The notes beneath the pieces are model-generated. The model was not told where the DNA came from. It searched no databases and saw only the letters and a program-made list of their open reading frames with translations. Shown here piece after piece: positions 7,056 to 14,865 of a stretch of 16,158 nucleotides of DNA. Origin of the DNA: Methanotrichaceae archaeon (GTDB taxonomy: Archaea > Halobacteriota > Methanosarcinia > Methanotrichales > Methanotrichaceae); NCBI GenBank assembly GCA_963754945.1, contig CAVWIG010000041.1:1-16158 (forward strand), written 5' to 3'. Both the position numbers and the translations under genes were made by a program. Position 1 is the stretch's first letter. Each line of letters opens with the position of its first letter.

Positions 7056-7175
7056 GATTAAGTTGAACTAAGCTTGATTAGTTGATCAAGCTTGAATTAA
7101 CTCGATTACGTTTACTCAAGTCTGAATTAAGCTTGAGATTAAGCTTGAAGTTGTAAAGTGAAGAGCAAAGCTTTG
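7056..7175. repeat. Degenerate ~10-nt palindromic repeat cluster (T[A/C]AAGCTTGA-like)
   Basis: AAGCTT at 7070, 7088, 7129, 7141 and 7168, plus variants TAAGTTGA, TTAGTTGA, TCAAGTCTGA and TTAACTCGA. Confidence 0.7.
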
Positions 7176-7246
7176 GTTTAAGGCTTTGCTATCAGATCGG
7201 ACCACTAAGCCATTACGTAGGCTTTGTTGGCTTTGGCTTTATTTAC

Positions 7247-7738
7247 TCAGGCTTTTATCACCCGGGTCCCCCGGATCATTGAAACCTTGCCTGTCCTGGC
7301 CAGCTCTTTTATCCCGAACTGGCGGAGCAACAGCACGAGAGCGTCCACCTTCTGCTCGTCCCCAGTGACCTCGATTATCATCGTCCTTGCTGAGACGTCT
7401 ATGATCTTGGCCCGGAAAACGCTCACAAGCTGCATTATCTCAGATCGGTTGTCCTTGTCGGCGCCCACCTTGATTATGGCCAGCTCTCGCTCTACTGAAT
7501 CTTGGGGCTCCAACTCGGAGACGCGGATTACGTTGATCAGCTTGGAGAGCTGCTTTATGACCTGCTCCAGGACCACCTCGTCCCCCTGGACGGACAGTGT
7601 CATTCGGGAGTACTCTGGATTGTCGGTGGCTCCGACGGAGAGGCTCTCTATGTTGAAGCTTCTGCGGCTGAAGAGGCCAGCAATCCTCGTCAGGACTCCG
7701 GACTTGTTCTCCACGACTACGGCGATTGTGTGCTTCAT
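7247..7738 (-). CDS. ilvH: Acetolactate synthase regulatory (small) subunit
   Basis: ACT domain VENKSGVLTRIAGLFSRRSFNIESL, QLSKLINVIRV and ELARTG. Confidence 0.97.
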   Translation of the reverse strand: MKHTIAVVVENKSGVLTRIAGLFSRRSFNIESLSVGATDNPEYSRMTLSVQGDEVVLEQVIKQLSKLINVIRVSELEPQDSVERELAIIKVGADKDNRSEIMQLVSVFRAKIIDVSARTMIIEVTGDEQKVDALVLLLRQFGIKELARTGKVSMIRGTRVIKA

Positions 7739-9505
7739 CTAGCACTCCTCCTGTGAAGAGACGCTGCTTCGAGTCTTGGCGATGATCTCATGTAGGGAGC
7801 TTGCGTCCGACTCCTCGCACCACTCCAGCTCCAGGATCTCGCTGATCGCTGCCCCTGCGGGGACCATGGGAGACACCTTCTCCAATGGACTGACTATGAA
7901 GTCCATCAGCGTAGGTCGGTCGGAAGCCATGGCAGCCTTGATCACCGGTTCTACCTCCGAGGGCTTTGTGGCTCGCAGGCCAACTGCTCCGTAGGCCTCA
8001 GCCAGCTTGACAAAATCCGGGCTGGTCCGTCCGAGTATAGTTGCCGAATACCTCTTCTCGAAGAACAGCTCCTGCCACTGCCTGACCATTCCCAGGCAGC
8101 CGTTGTTTATTATGGCCACCTTTACAGGTATGTCGTTGACCACAGCAGTCGCCAGTTCCTGGCTGTTCATCAAGAAGCTGCCGTCCCCGGCTATATCTAT
8201 AACCTCGCAATCCGGCATTCCCATCTTGGCTCCTATGGCCGCCGGGAAACCGTAGCCCATTGTCCCCAAGCCGCCGGAGGAGATGAACTTGCGCGGGTCC
8301 TTGTGCACAAAGAACTGGGCGGCCCACATCTGGTTTTGACCCACTTCAGTGGTTATGATTGCATCAGGTGCAAGCTCGCAGAGCTTCTCTATGACGTACT
8401 GGGGCTTGATGATGTTCATGTCAGGCACGTACTTCAGCGGGTAGTCGCTCTTCCACGAATCGACCTTGTCGTTCCAGGCAGATCTAGGCTTAGGCTGAAC
8501 TTCTTTTATCAGGCCTGCCAGGGCGTTTTTAGCGTCTCCGACGAGCGGGATGTCCACGCGGACGTTCTTGCCTATCTCGGCAGGATCGACGTCAACGTGA
8601 ATTATCTTGGCCCTGGGAGCAAAGCTGGACACCTTGCCGGTGACACGATCGTCGAACCTGGCGCCCACTGCCAGAATCAGGTCTGACTCCTGGATTGTGT
8701 AGTTGGCGTACTTGGTCCCGTGCATCCCCAACATGCCCAGAGACAGCGCATGGTCCTCCGGGAAGCATCCTATGCCCATGAGGGTAGTAGTAACGGGCGC
8801 ATTGAGCTTGACCGCCAGATCGAAGAGTTCCCGATGCGCATCGGCGAACTTGACGCCTCCACCAGCGTATATGACCGGCCGCTCAGCCTCCATCAACGCC
8901 TTGGCTGCCTTCTTGATCTGCATCTCGTGGGCCTTGATGGATGGATGGTATCCTGGAAGGCTCACCTCTGGCCAGCAAAACTCCATCTCTTCCACAGTGA
9001 CGTCTCTGGGAAGGTCGATCAGAACTGGGCCCGGTCGACCGCTCCTGGCGATGTAGAAGGCCTCCCGAAATACGCGTGGTATGTCCTTGGCGCTCCGAAG
9101 CAGATAATTGTGCTTGGTGATGGGTAGGGTAATGCCTGTTATATCCGCCTCTTGAAAGGCGTCCTTGCCTATGAGGAAGGTGTTGACCTGGCCTGTTATG
9201 GCGACCATTGGCACCGAGTCCATGTAAGCAGTGGCGATACCTGTTACAAGGTTGGTCGCACCTGGGCCCGAGGTGGCTATGCACACGCCTACCTTGCCCG
9301 TAGCTCTGGCATACCCGTCCGCCATGTGCGCAGCACCCTGCTCATGGCGTACAAGGATGTGCCTTATGTCCGCGTTGTAGATTGCATCGTAAAGTGGCAG
9401 CAGTACTCCGCCGGGAAGGCCGAAAACTACGTCAACCCCTTCTCTCTTCAGGCACTCCAGTACCGCCTGAGCACCAGTCATTCTGTTAGGCAAGTCCTTA
9501 GGCAA
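7739..9505 (-). CDS. ilvB: Acetolactate synthase catalytic (large) subunit
   Basis: FGLPGG, RHEQGAAHMADGYAR, TSGPGATN, SGGLGTMGYG, TPP motif GDGSF...NN and LGMVRQWQ. TTG start (GGAGG upstream) or ATG 9481. Confidence 0.97.
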   Translation of the reverse strand: MPKDLPNRMTGAQAVLECLKREGVDVVFGLPGGVLLPLYDAIYNADIRHILVRHEQGAAHMADGYARATGKVGVCIATSGPGATNLVTGIATAYMDSVPMVAITGQVNTFLIGKDAFQEADITGITLPITKHNYLLRSAKDIPRVFREAFYIARSGRPGPVLIDLPRDVTVEEMEFCWPEVSLPGYHPSIKAHEMQIKKAAKALMEAERPVIYAGGGVKFADAHRELFDLAVKLNAPVTTTLMGIGCFPEDHALSLGMLGMHGTKYANYTIQESDLILAVGARFDDRVTGKVSSFAPRAKIIHVDVDPAEIGKNVRVDIPLVGDAKNALAGLIKEVQPKPRSAWNDKVDSWKSDYPLKYVPDMNIIKPQYVIEKLCELAPDAIITTEVGQNQMWAAQFFVHKDPRKFISSGGLGTMGYGFPAAIGAKMGMPDCEVIDIAGDGSFLMNSQELATAVVNDIPVKVAIINNGCLGMVRQWQELFFEKRYSATILGRTSPDFVKLAEAYGAVGLRATKPSEVEPVIKAAMASDRPTLMDFIVSPLEKVSPMVPAGAAISEILELEWCEESDASSLHEIIAKTRSSVSSQEEC

Positions 9506-11009
9506 GTTTTTTTTCCTCCTCGAGCTGCATCAGCCTATTGATCCCTTCGAGCACGGCTTCCACAGAGGCCATGATTATGTCTGCTCCTGCACCTCTTGCA
9601 GTTATCTTCCTGTCCGCTAGCGCCATTGTAACCCAAACCTCAACCAGCGCACTTGTTCCGCCCGTAATTGCGTCCACGTGGTACTCCTCTAGGCGTACAT
9701 CGGCTACGCCGCATAGCGCCCTCTTAACAGCGTTTACGGCTGCATCCACTGGACCTACGCCCGTCCCCGCTTCCAGCTTCTCCAGGCCGTTCAGCAGCAG
9801 CTTAACAGAAGCCGTCGGAGTCACAGTGTTGCCTGCCACAACCGTCAGTTCCTGCAGCCTCACTTTCGGCTCCTTCTGGATAGAGAGCACGAACTCTGCT
9901 ATCGTCTGCAGGTCGGCGTCAGAAACCCGCTTGCCCTTATCTCCCAGCTCTTTGACCCGTCCTACTATCTGGGCTAGCTGTTCGTCTGTCACGCCCACGC
10001 CGAACTCCTTAAGCGCCAGCTCCACCGAAGCGCGGCCGGCGTGCTTTCCAAGGACGATGCGGCGCTTTCTGCCCACCTGCTCCGGGTGCAGCGGCTCATA
10101 GGTCGAGGTGTCAGCCAGAAGGCCGTGAACGTGTATCCCTGCTTCATGAGTGAAGGCGTTCTCCCCTACTAAGGACTTATTGGGAGCCACTGGTATACCG
10201 GTCATGCGTGAAACCGTCCTGGACAACTGGTAAAGATCTTCGCATTTAATACCCGTTTTTATCTTGTACAAGGATTCCAGGGTCATGACGACCTCTTCCA
10301 GGCTTGCATTTCCCGCCCGTTCCCCGATGCCGTTAACTGTCACGTGCGCCTGGGAGGCACCCGATCGGAGGGCAGCCACTGTATTCGCAGTGGCCATACC
10401 GAAGTCGTTGTGGCAATGTATGCTGATTGGTGCTCCCAGGGTTGAAAGCTTGCGAAAAATTGCAGAAGTGGCCTCCGGGACCAGAACCCCTACGGTGTCA
10501 CAGAAGCAGAGCCTGTCAGCTCCCGCCTCAATGCCCGCTTGATAGATGCTGGTAAGGAAGTCCAGGTCAGCGCGACTGGCATCCTCTCCGCTCAACTCTA
10601 CAATTAGACCGTGATCCTTAGCATACTCAGTGACATCGATGGCGTTCTGAACAACCGTTTTTCTGTCGGACTTGAGCTTGCGTTCGATGTGCAGGTCTGA
10701 GACGGGAACGACCAGATGGACAGAGTCGACGTCGCACTGAAGGGCCAGATCGACATCGGATTTCAGAGTCCGGACAAAGCTGCAGATCTCGGCGTTTAAA
10801 CCAGAATCTGCAACAGCCTTCATTGATTTGCGCTCTCCCTCAGAAGTTATAGCCGAACCAGCCTCGATGACCTGGACGCCGAGAGCGTCGAGGCTTCGTG
10901 CAATGGCCAGCTTCTCATCCATGTCCAGGGAGACCCCTGGGGTCTGTTCGCCGTCGCGTAGCGTTGTATCGAGAAAACGAACTTTACCTGATAAAGCGAT
11001 CCCACGCAT
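9498..11009 (-). CDS. cimA: (R)-citramalate synthase (DRE-TIM family; LeuA paralog)
   Basis: DTTLRDGEQ, HCHND, GIGERAGN and a LeuA-type regulatory domain (GPVDA). IEAGSAITS (not GFP) and LVVPVSDLH match archaeal CimA rather than LeuA. Sits at the head of ilvBHC. Confidence 0.85.
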   Translation of the reverse strand: MRGIALSGKVRFLDTTLRDGEQTPGVSLDMDEKLAIARSLDALGVQVIEAGSAITSEGERKSMKAVADSGLNAEICSFVRTLKSDVDLALQCDVDSVHLVVPVSDLHIERKLKSDRKTVVQNAIDVTEYAKDHGLIVELSGEDASRADLDFLTSIYQAGIEAGADRLCFCDTVGVLVPEATSAIFRKLSTLGAPISIHCHNDFGMATANTVAALRSGASQAHVTVNGIGERAGNASLEEVVMTLESLYKIKTGIKCEDLYQLSRTVSRMTGIPVAPNKSLVGENAFTHEAGIHVHGLLADTSTYEPLHPEQVGRKRRIVLGKHAGRASVELALKEFGVGVTDEQLAQIVGRVKELGDKGKRVSDADLQTIAEFVLSIQKEPKVRLQELTVVAGNTVTPTASVKLLLNGLEKLEAGTGVGPVDAAVNAVKRALCGVADVRLEEYHVDAITGGTSALVEVWVTMALADRKITARGAGADIIMASVEAVLEGINRLMQLEEEKKLA

Positions 11010-11151
11010 TCATATCCATCACCGTAGGCTTATTATAAAGCCGGTTCAGGGTTGTAGACCTTAATGATTGATAAAGCTAACGACGTTGTTGGCGGCCGAC
11101 TGATCTTTAAGTCGATCGCTAAAGCACTGCTTTTTGGCGACGCATGGCATG

Positions 11152-11166
11152 GGAAAGCTTTATCTC
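11152..11166 (+). promoter_or_regulatory. Possible BRE/TATA for the AAA ATPase operon
   Basis: GGAAAG-CTTTATCT ~45 nt upstream of ATG 11209. GGAG RBS at ~11199. Confidence 0.4.
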
Positions 11167-11208
11167 ATTTTATAGGCCATCAGTTAAGTCCAGTTTCATG
11201 GAGAACAA

Positions 11209-12492
11209 ATGATGGGTTCGGAGAAATCTGAGGCGATCGAGGTCGCGGAGCTTCTGCTCACAGCGGATATCTACAACAGATCGGAGAAGCTGACCGAGGA
11301 TGACCTGCCCCCGGAGATCAGAAAACATTACTTCGACCAGGCTACGAAGAGCGTCAAGCGGCCGATCTATGTCAACAGCTCGGATGTACAGAAGATCTAC
11401 GGGATCGAGAACATCAAGAGCATTCTAAAGAGTATGCCTTTCGTCGACCTCGAAGAGTTCGGATCGCAGCTCAAGCTTACGGTCTTCGAATTGGGGGCCA
11501 AATGGTTCGCCAACCAGGACACCCTAGATAGGATGAAATTCAACCCGACCCTGGCTTACTTTTTCGAGAACTACGACTCCATCAAGGTCAGCTACGCGGA
11601 TGCTAAGAAGCAAAACTGTCCTCTCCGAGCCGACAGAGAATGGATCGAGGCCAAGATCAAGGAATTGTGCAAAGATGTGAAAGAGGCAGAGGACCTCTTG
11701 AGGCTGGTCCAGATCAAGGCACCCGAGGACGTCAGGGACAGCCTCGATGAACTGGTGCTCAACGATGAGCAGAAGGCGGAGATAGAGAAGACTGCCAAGG
11801 CCATAGCATACAAGAGCTACCTCAAAGAGATTGCACTCTACGAAATAGGCAAGCTCCTGTTTATCGGAGCACCGGGCACCGGCAAGACCTCGACGGCTCG
11901 GGCAATCTCAAAGTGGCTTTGCCTTCCCATCATAGAAGTGAAGCTCTCGATGATAACCAGCCAGTACCTGGGCGAAACCTCCAAGAACATAGACAAGGCC
12001 TTTGACCTGGCAAAGAAGCTCAGCCCGTGTATCCTCTTCATAGACGAGTTCGACTTCGTGGCCAGAACCAGGACCTCCGAGGACCACGGAGCTATAAAGC
12101 GTGCCGTAAATACCCTGCTCAAGGCCATTGACGAGATCAGCCTGGTTGAGCATGGAGTTCTTCTGATAGCTGCCACCAACCACCCGCAGCTTCTGGATTA
12201 CGCGGCATGGAGGAGGTTCGACAAAGTCCTCAACTTCCCTCTTCCTGACGCCGAGATGAGAAGGTGCATCCTGGACAAAGTCCTGTTCAGGATTGACGCC
12301 GATGTGGACACCTATGAGTTGGCCGAGCTTACCGATGGTTACTCCGGATCGGATCTCCGTCTGATCATCCGGGAGGCCGTGCTCGACGCTCTCCTGGAGG
12401 ACAGGAAGAAGATCACCCAGGACGATCTCTTGAAATCAATAGAGGACTTTGGCAGGAGGATCTCTGACTACAAACGGAGCATAGCGGCATGA
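11209..12492 (+). CDS. AAA+ ATPase (single classic AAA module, ~170-aa N-terminal extension)
   Basis: Walker A GAPGTGKT, pore loop SQYLGE, Walker B LFIDEFD, SRH AATNHPQLLDYAAWRRFD and lid GYSGSDL. Confidence 0.95.
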   Translation: MMGSEKSEAIEVAELLLTADIYNRSEKLTEDDLPPEIRKHYFDQATKSVKRPIYVNSSDVQKIYGIENIKSILKSMPFVDLEEFGSQLKLTVFELGAKWFANQDTLDRMKFNPTLAYFFENYDSIKVSYADAKKQNCPLRADREWIEAKIKELCKDVKEAEDLLRLVQIKAPEDVRDSLDELVLNDEQKAEIEKTAKAIAYKSYLKEIALYEIGKLLFIGAPGTGKTSTARAISKWLCLPIIEVKLSMITSQYLGETSKNIDKAFDLAKKLSPCILFIDEFDFVARTRTSEDHGAIKRAVNTLLKAIDEISLVEHGVLLIAATNHPQLLDYAAWRRFDKVLNFPLPDAEMRRCILDKVLFRIDADVDTYELAELTDGYSGSDLRLIIREAVLDALLEDRKKITQDDLLKSIEDFGRRISDYKRSIAA

Positions 12493-13226
12493 AACTAACC
12501 CTCCTGGGAACAGGCGACGCCATAGGCACGCCAAAGATTGGTTGCAAGTGTCCCGCCTGTATGGATGCGCTTGCGGGCGGCCCATCCAGGAGGATGAGGT
12601 TCTCCGTACTTGTAGAGTACGAGGGTAGCAGAGTTCTGATCGATTCGAGTCCTGATCTTCGATGGCAGTTGCTGAAGAAGGGCATAAGCAAAGTCGACGC
12701 AGTGATCTGGACTCATGCCCACTACGATCACTATGCTGGTTTTGGCGATTTCTATAGGGTTCAGAGCCATGTCGATGTCTACGCCCTGAAGAATACCATG
12801 GATTACATCCTGAACTACCTTTACTTCCTCAAGCCCTTGCGGCATGATGCAAGGGCTTATGAGCCGTTCGAACTCGCTGGACTGGAGTTCACTCTTTTTA
12901 AAGTCAACCATCCTCCCACGGAGACCATGGGAGTGCTGATTAGAGAGGGACACAAAAGGGCGGTCATAACGAGCGACACAAACCTTCAGATTCCCCAAGA
13001 AAGCCTGGACCTGATGAAAAACGCAGATCTAATGCTTGCGGACGCCATAATGCCTCCCGGCTACAACATAAACAAGCACATGAATGCAGAAGAGGCGATC
13101 GGCCTGGCCAGGAACCTTGGGGCCAGGGACGTGAAGCTGACCCACTTAAGCCACCTCTATCCGCCTCACCAGGCTGCCTTGAAGAAGTGGCCGCTGGGCC
13201 ACGACATGATGGAGATCGCGCTGTGA
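12489..13226 (+). CDS. Metallo-beta-lactamase-fold hydrolase (PhnP-like)
   Basis: LLGTG, structural Zn motif CKCPAC, THAHYDH (HxHxDH), VNH, TSDT and THLSH. ATGA overlap with the ATPase stop. Confidence 0.93.
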   Translation: MKLTLLGTGDAIGTPKIGCKCPACMDALAGGPSRRMRFSVLVEYEGSRVLIDSSPDLRWQLLKKGISKVDAVIWTHAHYDHYAGFGDFYRVQSHVDVYALKNTMDYILNYLYFLKPLRHDARAYEPFELAGLEFTLFKVNHPPTETMGVLIREGHKRAVITSDTNLQIPQESLDLMKNADLMLADAIMPPGYNINKHMNAEEAIGLARNLGARDVKLTHLSHLYPPHQAALKKWPLGHDMMEIAL

Positions 13227-14695
13227 ATAGGCGACGTCCTTCTGGACTTTTGTATCCCTCAGTTCTGGTGTTTCCGTTTCTGTTTCTCGTCTTTCTGCTG
13301 CTGACCACAACATCCATCTCATCGGCAGCCGATGGGCTTTCGGAATACAGTGGTATGGGATTAACTTTCCAGTATCCATCCGATTGGGCAATTTCAGTCT
13401 CGGGCAACCAGGTTTCAGGGAACATCAGCATTATGGACTCATGCGGCAGCATAGCCGTAGCTTGGATGAGAGATCCCGGATTGACGCCTGTAAATATATT
13501 GGATCAGGTCGTCAAGACCTACAACCAGGGTGAGGTGGAAATCCTCTCCAAAGATCAAGGCAAGATCTCGGTTCAGGGCCGAGAAGCCGAAACTCTGGAT
13601 CTGTCCTACAAGTTCAAAGACCACAATGCAAAAAAACGCCTTGCAGCATGGACGTCGGAAGGATCCGACAGGCTGTTCTTTGCCTCAATGTCGAGTTGTA
13701 GCGTTGATTATTCCAGGAACGAAGAAGTATTCAATCGCGTCCTGGGCTCTTTTCAGGATCTGGTGTCCAAGGAAATCTCTTTAGAGGCCAGATCGGTCCG
13801 GGACGACGCATGGGCCATCGTCCTGGGAGATCTTCTGGCAAGCTACCACTACATAAACCAGAGCGCCCTTTCATCCACAGCAGTGTATGCAGAAGCGGCT
13901 CATTCGCTGATCCCGGTAAATGACTCCTATAGGCTTTCATCCTCGGAGAAAATCCGGTCTGAGATGTCCTCAGGAGCGATCGCCAGGGTGGCTGTTGTCC
14001 AGAAGATCCTGCAATCCAGAGGTTACAACGCCGCGCTAATTCAAAAAGGCGGCCAGATTTGGGTGGTAGCCGAGGACCCTTCAGGCAGATGGCAATCTGT
14101 GTCCATAAATCCAAAAGAACCCTGGCGAATGGTGGGAGCTTTGGTTGTCAGCCAAGATAGGTACCGTGGGCTGATGTACAAGAACGTAACGGCACTGGCA
14201 GAAGACAACTCGCTGACATTGAACGGTCCTATTGATTCCAGCGATTTCGTGCAGAAGGATTGCGATCCTCCAAGTTACGAAGAGCTGAAGGGTCCAGCTC
14301 AGGAAAATATTACCTGGACGAATGAACTACAGAGCGTCCTGGACAACTACAGTTATCCAAAGAAATATCAGGAAAACGTCTTTGACTGCTCAAACACGTC
14401 TCAAATCTGCTGGGCCTTGCTGAAGGGCAAAGGTTACAACGACAGTCTCATGTTCAGCTACAGAGACCATCCGCTGGGACGGCACATGTGGGTCGTAGTT
14501 CGTTATCCATACGAGGACGATAAGTACGTGGCCGTAGAGGCTACAAACACCAACGGTAGCGGAGATCTGTTGCACCTGGGAAGAGTGGTTTTGAAGGACG
14601 ACTACTTCAAGGGTATAATGTTCAACACGAGCATGCAGTTCTCCTGGCTTCACCCAGAGGAAGGAATGTGGCTGAAGCCAAATGATGGACCGTAG
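13223..14695 (+). CDS. Secreted or membrane-anchored protein with a PsbP-like N-domain and transglutaminase-like C-terminal domain(s)
   Basis: GTG start at 13223 (GTGA overlap, GGAG at 13211) gives MNRRRP, a hydrophobic core and SSAA, i.e. a signal peptide. GLTFQYPSDW is PsbP-like. FDCS / HMWVV / VEAT forms a putative Cys-His-Glu triad. Confidence 0.75.
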   Translation: MNRRRPSGLLYPSVLVFPFLFLVFLLLTTTSISSAADGLSEYSGMGLTFQYPSDWAISVSGNQVSGNISIMDSCGSIAVAWMRDPGLTPVNILDQVVKTYNQGEVEILSKDQGKISVQGREAETLDLSYKFKDHNAKKRLAAWTSEGSDRLFFASMSSCSVDYSRNEEVFNRVLGSFQDLVSKEISLEARSVRDDAWAIVLGDLLASYHYINQSALSSTAVYAEAAHSLIPVNDSYRLSSSEKIRSEMSSGAIARVAVVQKILQSRGYNAALIQKGGQIWVVAEDPSGRWQSVSINPKEPWRMVGALVVSQDRYRGLMYKNVTALAEDNSLTLNGPIDSSDFVQKDCDPPSYEELKGPAQENITWTNELQSVLDNYSYPKKYQENVFDCSNTSQICWALLKGKGYNDSLMFSYRDHPLGRHMWVVVRYPYEDDKYVAVEATNTNGSGDLLHLGRVVLKDDYFKGIMFNTSMQFSWLHPEEGMWLKPNDGP

Positions 14696-14775
14696 CCGCA
14701 AACCGTGATCCAATCCGAAAGAAAAATTCGATGTTCCCGGTGAGAAACAGATAAGTAGAACCCATCTTTGTTGTA

Positions 14776-14790
14776 CCGAAGGATATATAA
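14776..14790 (+). promoter_or_regulatory. Possible BRE/TATA for the oxidoreductase gene
   Basis: CCGAAGG-ATATATAA about 75 nt upstream of ATG 14866. GGAG RBS at 14855. Confidence 0.45.
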
Positions 14791-14865
14791 TATTAAGAAC
14801 ACAAATATATCAATTGGACCCTTCGGGTTTGTATTGCCCAACCCCCCAAAAAACGGAGAATCTAG

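Noticed and set aside
7056-7175. AAGCTT array as a CRISPR locus
   Set aside because: Units are ~10 nt, contiguous and degenerate, with no spacers.
9498-11009. Annotation as leuA (2-isopropylmalate synthase)
   Set aside because: The EAGSAITS and VVPVSDLH signatures and the operon position fit archaeal CimA better. Not excluded without a phylogeny.
6037-11064. Numerous overlapping or antisense ORFs over ilvC, ilvH, ilvB and cimA
   Set aside because: Expected shadow frames of GC-rich coding DNA, with no independent motifs.
14816-14830. Possible UUCG hairpin in the oxidoreductase leader
   Set aside because: As written, the UUCG register gives only two pairs and the alternative is a weak 6-bp stem.
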